This document shows, piece after piece, positions 48,218 to 60,664 of a stretch of DNA of 64,000 nt. Below the pieces are notes generated by a model that searched no databases, had not been told where the DNA came from, and saw only the letters and a program-made list of their open reading frames with translations. This DNA is from Podarcis vaucheri (lineage: Eukaryota), in assembly GCA_965113315.1 (NCBI GenBank), contig OZ220368.1, one strand, 5' to 3'. The translations under genes were made by a program, and so were the position numbers. The stretch's first letter is position 1; each line of letters starts with the position of its first letter.

Positions 48218-50659
48218 GTAAATAGTGGCCTTTGTTCTATAGATTAACAGCTTGACGTAGGAATCATGTCATCTTCTAGGCCAGCTGAGTGCTTAGCTTT
48301 GTACTTTAATAACTAGAGGCCTGCAGTCAAAGATTTGGCTTGTTAGTCCTAATCAATATGTGGAATTCTGCCCCCCTCCCCTCGCTCTGAAGTAAAGACG
48401 GGGCTACTCATGCAGTGAGATGAGGTGGTAGACTGGGCTGACGGGATTCTGGGTAGTACCATTTCAGAAACTTCCTGCAAGTAAAAAAAATGACATGTAC
48501 TACATGTAGCACTGCCTTTTGAGGCACATGCAAGAGGGCTTTTCCTGTGGCAGTGTGCCACATATGGAACTCCCTGCCTCAAGAGATTAGGTTATCTTCC
48601 TCTCTGTTTGTGTTCTGCTGGCATTTTATGCCTTTTTTTAGAGAAACAACAGCACCACAAGGCTTTGGTTCTGCTGTTGCTTAATTTAGTTTATTTATTG
48701 TTAGCTCTGGCTCTCCGTGCTTCCCTGTTTCATGACGCTGTGTTTAGACCTAGTTGGTTTTGGTATTTGTTTTAATAACATGTTATTTTACTGTTGTTGT
48801 TATTTTTATGGCTGTTTACACCTTGTTAACATCTTGGAGCAACTCCATTTCCGAAGGGGAAAGCAGAACGCAAGGGTTCCCCCCCCCCAATAAATAAGTA
48901 CAACTTTCCCTAATCCATAGTTTTCTACCTGCAGTGAGCTTTCAACACAAGGGAGAATTTCAAAATGTGTTCCCATCCTACCTCCCATCTGAATTGTTTC
49001 TGTCCATTTTACCCCGTCATTCTGCCGTATGTATAGACTGCACCCAAGTCAATCGAGTTGACAGCTCAACAGGCTTTACTTCATGGTTAAGCCAAGTTGT
49101 TCTTAGAGAAGGGCATCTACTTGGTGCATGTTGGGCTGCAGCACTTTGTCATTGTGAAGGGTTTTGTGATGATGAGGTGGGGGAGTAAAAGGGTTGAGGA
49201 TGGCTCATCTGTCATTTTGGACAATATGGAGTCATCTATATAGGATCCATCTTTGTGCCTATATTAGTAGTCATCTGTTACATTGCTATGGTATGTTACA
49301 GACAGTGTAGCCAGAATGACCACAGCAGGAAACTGTAGTAACTACAGTACCTGCCATTCCATGCTGTAAGACAGCTGTAATGTTTTTAGGATCAGTGTCA
49401 ATCACTGCATAAGGCAATTCTCCTGAGTAAATTCAATGATTTCTCTATGGGATTAAGAGATTTATTGATTGCAGCCTTTGAGTCCTTATGTTCAGAAGGA
49501 ATGTTGGCTAAGCCTAACAAGGATCAGTGCAAACATAAATAATTATGAGCCTAGGAATATCAAAATCATGTCTATCTTTTTAATCTGTCTTTACACCTTC
49601 TCAGGGGAAGATAGATTTCACTGTAAATCTCAAACCTCAAGCACTAGATCTTCCAGGCGGGTCACAGGGACCCATCATTTTGCCCTCTGCTCACCCTCCA
49701 GGAATGTGTGCTTTTCAGGGTTTTATCATTGATTGCGTGATAGTTTGAGCATGAATTATACTCCTTTTGAGGTGTGTATAGCTTTTATAAGACACTTGTG
49801 GGTGGATCATTTCACCATTATTGTGGCAATTGGAGGGGGAAATGCTACATTTGAGCTGCATTAATAGGTTACCTTTATAGGCTGACTGTGAAATTTTATA
49901 TATACTTGCTTATTACACACAAGTTTTGCATTTCAATAATAGTAGTAATGATTGTAATAACACCTTCCCTTTATATAGAACCTTTCATCCCAAAAGGAAC
50001 CATAGTTATTCTCTGGCAGTAACAAAAGAGATGGAACACCCATCGTAAAGCACCCATTTGTATAACTTGGCTTTGTAGATTGTAGTGTATTTCTCACTAT
50101 TCAGGCAATTTTTGGAAGTACTATATTATTATTATTATTACTATACAATCCAAGTGCTGTTCAGACACCCCTGTGTCCCATGATTATGGCACTGCATTTG
50201 TGATACTACAGTTAAGTGCAAGTGAGTGGCGATTTTCTGCGCTTAACCCTCCCTTTGAGTGATTCTATAATGTTATGGTGTTTTTTGGTGTAAAACCTGG
50301 CATAGAGGTTTTCTCTTCAGGAGTTTCTCCTGCTCTTCTATTTACAAGAATTCATTACAAACCAGTTTGGTCATTTCCCCATTAGAACGAGGAAGGAACC
50401 TATTCGATTCCAAATACATTCTGTCTCCTGCAACCAATCTCTCACCAAATGGGAAACGTAACTGAAGTCTTCTCTCTCTCCACACCTTGAATTTAACATC
50501 CTCTTCTGCCTTCTTCTCACTATGGCTAGAGATATACCAGCAACTCCACCCTGCCACAGCTCCTAAAGTTTTAACAGCAGCCTGGCATGCAGACATTTAT
50601 CAGCAATGTTTCCTGAGATGAAGATACGTGATAAGAAAAGCTCCATCTGCTAAATGGCA

Positions 50660-50946
50660 ATTGTAAAACCAGCAAAGACCACCTGTAGCAGCTTGAATCA
50701 TAGCTGTCAACTTTTCCCTTTTCTTGCGAGGAATCCTATTCGGAATAAGGGAATTTCCCTTTAAAAAAGGGACACGTTGACAGCTATGCCTTGAAGGCTA
50801 ACGCATATATTGTGGCATAAGCTTTCATGGACTAGAGTCCACTGCAGTGGATGAAGGTGACTTTAATCCATGAAATCTTATGCCATGATAAATTCTTAAG
50901 TCTTTAAGGTGCTGCAACACACTGTGTTGCTTTTGCTGCAATAGAC
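50660..50946. mobile_element. Older Penelope-like inverted terminal remnant interrupted by a MITE
   Basis: Inverted arms GTGGCATAAGCTTTCATGGAC / CCATGAAATCTTATGCCA and GTAGCA..CTTGAAGGCT / AGTCTTTAAGGTGCTGCA. Confidence 0.5.
50699..50788. mobile_element. 90-bp MITE, TIR CATAGCTGTCAAC (second copy)
   Basis: Perfect 13-bp TIRs; degenerate 8-bp TSD GCTTGAAT/CCTTGAAG. Confidence 0.85.
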
Positions 50947-51042
50947 TCTCCCTCTGGGAATTTTTTTCCTGTGTGTCATGCCAGAGGCATAGGAGCAGAG
51001 TCTGTGTAAAGCTGGCCACCTTAAGCATAACTATCTCTCTTC

Positions 51043-51191
51043 TTAGAATCATAGAACTGTAGAGCTGGAAGGGACGACAAGTGTCATCTAGTCCAACCCC
51101 CTTCAACGCAAGAATCTTTTGTCCAGTGTGGGGCTTGAACCCCTGACCCTGAGATTAAGAGTCTCATGCTCTACTGACTGAGCCAACTCGG
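51043..51191 (-). mobile_element. tRNA-Lys(CTT)-derived SINE with CR1 3' tail
   Basis: Minus strand reads GCTCAGTCAGTAGAGCATGAGACTCTTAATCTCAGGGTCAGGGGTTCAAGCCCCACA (tRNA-Lys-like, CTT anticodon 51157-59), fused to the CR1 tail GGTTGGACTAGATGAC...TTCTATGATTCT. Confidence 0.85.
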
Positions 51192-51833
51192 TTTTTTCCT
51201 AGATGCAGATGCTTTTTACAGTCATTATTGTAGAGGAAGTATAAGGCCTGGTGGTATGATCAGATTTTTGTGTGATACATTGTCTTAGCTTGAACTACTT
51301 TCACTCCAAACTCATAGATGAAGGAAGCATTAAAAAGGCAGAATATACAAGTCCTGGAACAAATGACCAAAGAGGCATTGTGCACTTGAATTTCACTACT
51401 CAGAAAGCTCCCTTTTTCCTATAAATGCACAGAGATCCACAATGAATAAATGATTGCATGTGTTAGGTGCTATTTTGTGTATCTGTTAGTCAGTATCGGG
51501 TGCAAAGGCTATTTGCAGTCAGAGCAGGTTTTAAAATACCTGAGTAGTTTTATCTGCCACCCAGCTTAGTCAGCACAATCACAATACAAGCAATAGACAA
51601 TCTTTATTTTGCATACACTTGAGCGAATTAACAAATAATAATGCTAGATTTGTAACTCATGTCCCAGATTAATTTAAATCTCTTTGTGCTAGAACTTTAA
51701 TATATATTTTAAGCGATTAAAAAAAATGCATAGAAGACTTTCTGTTCTAGTTTATGAAATTTTATTTGTCGAATATAAACGTGAGGCTTTCCTCTCAAAA
51801 ATGTTTTTGTTTGTTTTGTGTTTTCTTTACAAG

Positions 51834-51938
51834 TGCTATGAAGATGGACTCATGTCACAATATGTAAAGTCCTGGAAAGAAGGAGATTCGGTTTGTTGGA
51901 GAGGACCATTTGGAGGTTTTCCTTATTCAGCCAATCAA
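51834..51938 (+). CDS. CYB5RL: CYB5RL coding exon 4 (CYEDGLMSQY...WRGPFG...NQ)
   Basis: tacaag|TGC...CAA|gtaaag; 105 nt; GxMS and GPxG motifs. Confidence 0.94.
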
Positions 51939-52819
51939 GTAAAGCCATATATATACTTTTACAGACACACACACACACAACCCCCCTCTCAACCCCTTCA
52001 CTACATAGCAATCACAGGGGAGTTAACAACACAATATTTAAAAATGTAATATAAAATAAAATGGACAATATAATACCAATGAGATACAATCAGATGACAA
52101 GTAGTCAAATGCCAAATAGTTGGTTTCCTATTTTTGGTTTCAGGAAATGAGGGGAAAACCATTAGGGTTTAAGGATCAGGGTAGGGTTCTTCAGATTTTC
52201 ACCACAGTGCTTCAGAGCTTTGACATGGATCTGTTTAGGATGCAATTTCTTTTAAAAAGAACAAGAGGAGAAAATATAGCAGATGATCAAGAATAGCAGT
52301 CGAGTCAGATTTCGTATACATTTCTTTTATATTTGATAATTAAGGCTGTAATCCTAAATAGGAGGCACTCCCCACTGAAGAAAATAGAATTCCATCCCAA
52401 GTCAACATACTTTGAATTGTCCTGTTAATATTGCAAACCACAAGAGACAGAAAAGATAAACGGTGAAGTCTGAGTCCTTTCTGAGCACTGTCCTCCTACC
52501 ATGTTTGTTTCATTCCCTCTTGAAGCTTCCTTCTCATCTGAATTTCAATACTGACCATGATTTAGCATGACATGCACTTTCTGGAACAAGCTCGTGTCTC
52601 TTCAAAAAGTTCATTGGGACTTATTGCCAAGTAAAGCTTTCTCAGTTGATCACAGTGGACATGATTGCCAAAGGAGAAAAGATAATCCCCGAGTTACGGA
52701 GTGTTCACACTTTTTTTATAGGATGAAATGATGAATTGGCGCTGAAATTCAGTTTCTGTTGTAGTGTTTTTCAGTTCCAGTGACTCAGATGTATTTGGCA
52801 TCTTCTGCTTCATTTTCAG

Positions 52820-53023
52820 TATGGAGAACTTCTCATGCTTGCTTCTGGTACTGGTCTAGCACCAATGCTTCCTATTCTTCAGTACATAACAGAGAATGAG
52901 GATGATGAAACATTTGTAACTCTACTGGGCTGCTTCAGGAACTTTGAAAATATCTACATGAAGCTTCTTCTTCAAGAGCAATCTCGATTCTGGAACATAA
53001 GGGCATTTTATGTATTAAGCCAG
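52820..53023 (+). CDS. CYB5RL: CYB5RL coding exon 5 (NADH-binding ASGTGLAPM motif)
   Basis: tttcag|TAT...CAG|gtaata; 204 nt. Confidence 0.95.
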
Positions 53024-53503
53024 GTAATATTCTACTAGGCAATTTTTCCTTCTCATGGGACAGTGTGACAACCTTCCCCTCAGTTGATGCATGAACCTTC
53101 ATGCTATATGTATTGCAAGTGGTTCAGTCCCGCACTGAAAACCTTGTCATGTCTAGCCTTCCTAGCTGGGAAAAGGACCATCGCTAGGTAGTTAAGCCCA
53201 TGTTTGCATGTAGAGCCTTTTGCAGCCCAAGAGCCACATCCCCTCATATACAGTGTTCCAGGGGCCACATGCCAGGGCTGAGTGGATCCGGAAGCGAAAG
53301 CAGGCAGAACAATGAGTGTGACTCTTATCTTTGTACAGAAGGCTACATCCCGGCCCGACAAAAGCCAGTGGTCTCTACATCCCACCTCTTCTCCTTCCAT
53401 CCAGGAGAGAAAAACGGGCTTAATATAGCTCAAAGCTAATTTGGTATTGGCCGTCTGTTTCTCTGAGATGATTTTAAAGTGTCTTATACTTTTGCCTCTT
53501 CAG

Positions 53504-53707
53504 GAACATTCACTTGAAAATCTGCCTTGGAGCTTTCAAAAAAACACTTACCTTGGTCGGATAAACGAGGACGTGATTAAGAGTATGGTGAACACATGCA
53601 GAAGACAACCTTACGTATTGATATGTGGCTCTGTGACATTTAGTGAAGAGATGGAGAGATCTTTGAAAGCCATTGGGCTTAAAGAAGATTCTTATTTTAT
53701 ATTTTAA
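53504..53707 (+). CDS. CYB5RL: CYB5RL last coding exon (EHSLENLPW...ICGS...EDSYFIF*)
   Basis: cttcag|GAA...TTT TAA; 204 nt; CG motif and terminal Phe typical of b5 reductases; total CDS 927 nt = 308 aa. Confidence 0.94.
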   Translation, partial: EHSLENLPWSFQKNTYLGRINEDVIKSMVNTCRRQPYVLICGSVTFSEEMERSLKAIGLKEDSYFIF

Positions 53708-53917
53708 CGGACTTTAAACAAACAAGGTATCTTTGCTACGAATAATCTTAATCTGCCTTTGGTCAGATTGGATTTTTAAAAAATGTTTGGCTGTGCCAAT
53801 CCATCCAAATGTATGCCTTCTGTGTCCTAAGAGTTGGCTAAACAATCCCATGAAAGAGCAGATACCACAGCTAGTGATAAAAGCCTGGTTCCACTTGCAG
53901 CCAGTTATTCTTGACTG

Positions 53918-54192
53918 TTTCCAGAAAGTAATTATGGGGAAGCTGTTGCTCAGCACCATGGGAATTGTCCTGTGGCATCCCACAGAGCTCCATCTTGTCC
54001 CCCATGGCATTTAACATCTGTTTGAAGCTGCTGAGAGCTGTCATCAGGAGATTTGGAGAGAGATGTTATCAGTATGCAGGTGATGCCCAGCTCTATCTCT
54101 GTTCCATCTGAATCAGGAGAGCACCTCAGGACTCACACTTAGAAGCAGTGATGGGCTGGATATGAACCAATACACTGAAGCTGAATCCTGAT
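53918..54192 (+). mobile_element. L2-clade LINE reverse-transcriptase fragment in the CYB5RL 3' region
   Basis: Translates as CGIPQSSILSPMAFNI...CYQYAGDAQLYL...LKLNP, a decayed GVPQGS...YADD. Confidence 0.8.
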
Positions 54193-54627
54193 TGCCCATC
54201 CCTAGGTGCCCAGGTGCCCTAGGCACAGTCCAGCAAGAGACTTGTCATATTTAAGCCCCATTGAGAGTGATAACATGGGATTTAGTCATGACTAAGTTTT
54301 GCTGAACTGTGGCCAGACTCCACTGCCCACCATTCAAGTTCAGAGGGCAGAATCTGCAGTACAATAAGGAACCAAAAAGCTTCAACTTCACTTTGTAACA
54401 AAAGGCCTAAATTTGATCTATTTCAGAGCTGGGAGGATATTGATCTGTAGACTGAGGAAACCGGAAACCTTAGCCTGATGTAATTAATACACATAATGGA
54501 AAATTGCATTGGGTTTGTGTTGTTAGTCATAGAAGCCTCTTTGAGGGGGAAATACCCCATGAAGTTCCACTTTTCTCAGCACAGATCTGAAAAATGAATA
54601 CATCTACAAAGCTTTGCTTCCAGCGTA

Positions 54628-54760
54628 GGGAGGGGTTATAGCTTGGTGGTAGCTACATGCTCTGCATACACAAGTTCCCAGCACCAGTCTCTGGCATCTT
54701 CTCTTAAAAGGAGGAACAATGGTCTGCCTCAGTACCATGCAGATTTATGTTCATATGTGT
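54628..54760 (+). mobile_element. Old tRNA-derived squamate SINE
   Basis: TATAGCTTGGTGGTAG A-box-like head and TATGTTCATATGT tail; reversed relative at ~42945-43100. Confidence 0.4.
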
Positions 54761-55521
54761 ACATAATGTATGTATCTGTGGTTACGTTTTAGTCTGTAAA
54801 GAATTTACAGTCAAATAAGCTACTGAAAGCTGTTCATGTTAAAAATCATGACCAATCTACACAGTGCTCAGAAATATAGCACACTACTCCCATCATTTCT
54901 TGTGGCATTTAAAATGCTTCCGTAATATGTAAAAATGTCTTCATATACTGTGCAATTCAATTTATCTAAATAGCCTCAGGAGCACAGAAAACATTTGAGT
55001 AATCAGACAGCAGATAAAAGAGGATATCATTTCCATAAGGTTACACTGATGTGGAGTCACAAGAGAGATGGGTGAACTCAAAACTGAATTAGTAGTATCT
55101 GAAGGTGGGAGGATAGGGAGAGGTTCCACCGTATTTAGAAAAATGTAAAGCTTTAGCTATGTCACCTTGATTATTTCCAAATAGACAGTCCTGGATCTTT
55201 GGGAAATAATATGATAAGAATCAAGATAATCAATTGCTCCTCTTTATTTCTCTGTTCACATGGAGAACTTGAATCGTACAACCTGACTCTATCCTCTGGC
55301 AAGACTGCTTGAACAGGACAGGATGGTATCTCACTCTCCTTGCGCTAGTGCAAAACAGTCACTTAAGGGTTGTAGCCTGTTAACTAAATCCCTACTCAAG
55401 TGTTCCTACTAAATTGTATAATCTGGCATCTCAATGATTGGTATTATTAATTGTATTATAATTTGGCATTGTTATAATGAGGTTGTTATTGGATTGGATT
55501 GTTGTAATAGAAAACCACCTG

Positions 55522-55833
55522 AAGGTCTGTCATGGAAGGTGGTGCAAGGTTGTCTTCTCGAGCTCCACAGGGTAGAACTCGAACCAATGGTTTCAAGTTA
55601 CAAGAAAGGAGAATCCGACTAAACATCTGGAAAAACTTTCTGACAGGAAGAGCTGTTAGACATTGGAATGGACTCCCTTGGGAAGCTGTGGACTCTCCTT
55701 CCTTGGAGGTTTTTAAGAAGAGGTTGGGTGGCCACCTGCCATGGATGCTTTAGTTGAGATTCCTGCATTGCAGGGGGTTGGACTAGGTGACCCCCAGGGT
55801 CCCTTCCAACTCTACAATTCTATTATTCTATGA
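55522..55833 (+). mobile_element. CR1 LINE 3' end
   Basis: GRTRTNGFKLQERRIRLNIWKNFL...SPSLEVFKKRLGGHL; ATTCTATTATTCTATGA tail. Confidence 0.9.
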
Positions 55834-56967
55834 CATGTATGCATCTACGTTTAACAGGGAAAAGAACATTGTCATTATCACTGAAATCCCCTATCCCCTG
55901 TGGTTGCTGCTTGCTAAAGTTTTAGGAGACAGGAGATACAATTTCAGAGCCATACTTGTCAGTTCTTTCCTTGCTTAAGCACTGGAGGTATTTTTTTGGT
56001 ACAGTATAATGTTATGCTTCATGGAGGCATTAAGCAGTTGTTTGGGACTCTGTGGTGGGAATGTCATATAATTCTTCTAGCTTTGCTCCTGTGTTGATTT
56101 AATAATAGTTATGGGTAGATAGTAATTAGCTTGTGTTGGCACAAGCAGCGGTAAGCATTTAGGTACACTATAGGATTTTGTTGTAAGAAATAGAAACTTG
56201 TCCATCAAATGTGTTTTTGCACTACATAATATGTGAGATAGCAGTAGTTATTCTCGAATGATTCAGACTGCCATTCTAAATACATCTGCTGGAGAGTAAG
56301 TCCCACTGAATTTAGATTGACTTCTGAGTAAACATGTTTCAGATTTCACTGTCAAAGAAATGATACTGACTTGAGTTCTTTGACACACAAGATTGTGTTT
56401 AGCTTTAAATTCATAGAATTAGATGTGTCATTTCCATTATGCTTTTAACTGAATGGGACTATTAATAAGTTAGTCAAACATGCCTAAAAAGCTTCTTCTT
56501 CTTTTTTTAGTCATACAGGAAAGATATGAAAGGTGTAATTTTTTCAGCAGTCAGTCAAAAGTATATGGCATGCACCGAAACAACAAAAATGAGTATTTGA
56601 TTTCCATACTGTTAAGGAAGTGAATTTGTCTGAACAGGGACCCCAGAGACACTGGCTTATCACCACTGTATCAGTAGTGTCATCTCTGTCTTTGCTGCCA
56701 GTGACAACATTGACAATTAGCTTATACTGTGGATGGGCAAACTTCTTAAAATGTGTCTTATTTCATCACTGAAGGTTGTGATGAGAATGACACATTTTAC
56801 TGGTTCATAAGTGACATGAGCAAATTCTGCTGGTAAACACTCCCTGCTTGAGCTCTCCTGTGCAGGTGAATCAGAAATCTGTAACTTGAGGTTCTTCCAG
56901 ACTCTCACTATTTTGGGGTGGAATTCAATCAAGTACAGGCAAATACAGGTGACACATTGGTAGTTGA

Positions 56968-57355
56968 CTCACTGAGGGAGTTGGGTATGTTTTTAGCCTG
57001 GTAAAGAGGATACTGAGAGGAGATATGATAGCCATCTTCAAATATCTAAAGGGCTGTCACATGGAAGATGGAGCAAACTTGTTTTCTCCCGCTCCGGAGG
57101 CTAGAAGCTGAACCAATGAATTCAAGTTACAAGAAAGGACATTCCGACTGAACATCAGGAATAAATTTCTGACAGTAAAAGCTGCCTGACAGTGGAACAG
57201 ACTCCCTAGGGAAGTGGTGGACTCTCCTTCCTTCCAGGTTTTAAAGCAGAGCTTAGATGGTCGTCTTCCATGTAGTCTTTAATTGAGATTCCTGCATTGC
57301 AGGTGGTTGAACTAGATGATTCTCAGGGTCCCTTCCAACTCTACAGTTCTGTGAT
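56968..57355 (+). mobile_element. CR1 LINE 3' end
   Basis: LRELGMF...GDMIAIFKYLKGCHMEDGANLFS...; CCCTTCCAACTCTACAGTTCTGTGAT tail. Confidence 0.9.
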
Positions 57356-60226
57356 ACTTCTCCAGAAAAAAATCATGGTCGAAACAGCTTATAACAAACA
57401 GCAAAACATCTCAGGATCAACCATCACAAGAGCAGTAATAGTAAAATGACAACATAACAGCAAATATAGCATACAAAAAAACCAACTTCTCTGTGCTGTA
57501 TATAACAATATTACATCAACAACATTAGAAATAACCAGGGAGCTTGAGAGTTTCACCTTGGTCCTAGAAATGCTTCTCCCACACAGTTCCTCCTGCAGCA
57601 GCTTATAAGGCTTCTAAAGGCTGGGATAGCTGGAAACGCTCCTCCCATGATGTTGCTCACAATCCTTGACTAGAAGGTCTTGTGCAACAAATCCACTTCG
57701 CCCCAGAAAATAGACGTTTTTCAATAAGGAACATGATGCAAAAATGCAATGGAACCTAAGAGAGAATACCTGTTTTGATGCAATGTCATCTAACCTCCCA
57801 GCAAACAAATGAATGCTCAATCGATTTTTTTTAAAGCACACCTTGAAGCACCCCAAAAGGCAGGGATGGGTAACAACCGTGCTTTGTTTGACAGGCTTGT
57901 CTTGCATTGGCTATGGCAGGTCTATGACAGGTCCTTAACTGGAATTAAAGCCTATTTCGATGAAAGACACGCTGTGTGTACATACAGTGGCAGCTGGCGG
58001 GGGTCTATCTGAAAGGCCATTGCCCCACTATACTGCTGCTCCTTCTCACAATGCACAGTCCTGCCGTTCCTCTACAGCAGGAAATTTAATTTAATTTGAA
58101 TTTGTTGACCCTCCTAGATAGAGAGAAGGTGGGCTCATCTAGTTGCAGAAGCCTACATATGCTTCCTGTTCCATGCAGAAACCTACACACACTGTACCTT
58201 CTATGTGGAACAGGCCATGTTTTTCAGGTAGATGGAAGTTATGCTTACCTAATACTTGAAAACTGGAGTGAGAAGCTGTCCATGTCAGGTCTTAAGAATA
58301 CATCAGCTCTTCTACTTGGTTGCTAAGAAGTGAAGGTAAGGGAACATATGCTTAGATATCATAGCAACCTTTATATTCTTGCAGAGCTCTGTGTTTTTTA
58401 TGGCTGCATGACTAGCAGACATTTAGCGGGTATATTTGTGTGCCTGGAAAAGCATCCCTTCCTGAATTTGTGCTTTCCATGCAGCAATTAAAGACCCTAA
58501 AACCCTTCTGGGCAAAGAGGTCAAAGCAATGGTGAGGATACGATTCTCTGGTAAAGAATGATGAGGATTGCTGGGGTCACTCTGGAGAGAAGTAGTTGAG
58601 AAAGCTACAAGTGGATCACAGGTGGGATCTGGCCTGAAGAAAAGCGAAAAGAAGGCTTAGGGAGGGGGGGAATAGTCAGCTGGGAAAACTGACTGTGATT
58701 CAGATTCACAGCCAAGCACTCAGCCCCTCCACAGGTGATCTGAAAAAAAGAAAAGCCAGAGGTAATATATAGATAAGGCCAGAAACCAGGAGGCTCTAAT
58801 ACCCTTAACAAGTGATAAACGCATCAGTGGGACTTTTACACTTTTAGTTAGTAGCTTCCATATATTAATCAAAAACAGTATGCTCAGTGCATTGGATGAT
58901 TCTAAGCTTTTAGATATCTCCCAGACAATTGTAAGGATGATGCCATATGACATACTGTTTTTAAAACAATGTCTGTTTTTTGGGGGGGGCTGTGGGAGGA
59001 GAGAAGCTGAGTTAGGGGTTGCTAAAACATATGAACAGACTTTCGAAATTCCCTTTCTGCCCTCCCCATTTTCATTCTTTATTCCACCAAGGTGTAGAGG
59101 CTGAAGTAGACACCTTCCTTGCAATGGTGCCCCGGTAGTTCCTCTGTGTGACCCCCCCCCTTTTCCTTTCCTTTCCTTCCCTCCCCCTCAATCTCCATCT
59201 GACTGACAAATGACAATTCTGCCATTTCAGACACAGCTTGTGCAGCGCAGGCACCAGGTCACGAGAGGGTGAAATGTGTCACAAGGCTGAAATACGATGT
59301 CTCCTGGGCTCAGGTCACAGCTGGCGCCTCTTTGCAGTCCTTCTGCCCCCCCTCCTGGCTAAGCAAAGCCATTGTGTCCATTGTGTGCACGGCAAATGGC
59401 AAAACGGGGGGTGGGGCGGGGCTGCGAAACAAGCCAGAAAGGAATGAAGAAAAACCAGGCAAATAGAATTGAGTCCTTCACTGAGAGAGGCTAGGGCAAG
59501 GGATACCATTGCTGCATGCCCAATTTCCTCAGAAGAATGCAGGGGCAAAAATGGAATGCTATAAAATGGTATCGAATGACTGTAATGCTTTAGTCAGTCA
59601 AAACTGATTGCTTAAAAGTAAGGCGATTGAACTTAACGGCAATTAAAAATCACAACCACAATTGCTGTATTATTCCTTGGTTAACGGTGTCAATAAGGAG
59701 GAGGAATAGGACTCAGAACTAACTAATGGGCTCTAAGCAACTACATACAGTTACCTGCCACCCTTTTGAACACATTTCGCCATCTATGCACGTTCATGCT
59801 ACAGCCACACATCAGGAAGAAGCACATGTTGGTGCTGCTGGACATCACAATATTATGGCAAGAAACAACTTCTTAGCTTACATGCAAGCGTTTCCAAGTA
59901 TAAAATGAGATTCCCATTCACAAAAACAAACCTGTACTGAGTTGAGCAGAGTTGTGCAGCATTTGACATGTGCTGAGCGGGTATTGGCTCGTTTCAGTAC
60001 ACAAGCGGCTTGCAGCGCAGTGTACAGACAATGCCTCATAAAGCACAATGCAGCAAATACAGATGGATTTCTGAATTCGGTTTGTTCTGAAGTAATCCAC
60101 TGGCCATTACAGCAAATGCCAAGCACTGTGGAGATGCAATAAAGCTATACTGTATTCACCATGATTGTATCCGTTGGCATTATGCGTGGTAGCCCAGAGA
60201 GTGGCCAGCAACGTCCTGAGAGAGTT

Positions 60227-60664
60227 TTGTTTTTTTAGTTTTTAGTTTTTTTAAAAAAATATTTTATTAAAGTTTTCTTGGTTTACAAAGGTATGCACAA
60301 TGTCTCTTTTTTCAAGTTACATTTTCCATAGGTCAGTTTCATTTGCTGAGACATTAGGGTTACATTAAGAAGAAAAAAGGGGAGAAGAGGTAGAGGGGAC
60401 CATGGGGGGGGGGTCGGGAGGCAATATTTCTATTTTGCTTAATGTATGTGTGGGTTTTTGAGTCAGTGTCATTTGTGCAGGTTCTCTTTGCTATCGCTTG
60501 TGTTTCTTTGGTGGTGAGAGAAATTGTGGTTGGCCTAGAGTGCGGTTGCTTGTTTGTAATTGGCTGTGTTGAGCTTTGTTTTCGTGTGTTGAGTGGGGTG
60601 TGTGCATGTGTTTGAATCAGGTTAGCCATATTGATTCATATGCTGTTGGTGGATTCTTGTCATT
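60227..60664 (-). mobile_element. 5'-truncated L1-like insertion (3'UTR plus last codons of ORF2)
   Basis: TSD GTCCTGAGAG(A/T)GTT at 60213-26 and 60665-78; T-rich tail; AATAAA 60263-68; DNDKNPPTAYESIWLT* at the 5' end. Confidence 0.75.

Noticed and set aside
51120-51191. Functional tRNA-Lys gene
   Set aside because: Acceptor and T stems are mutated and it is fused to a CR1 tail, so it is a SINE head.
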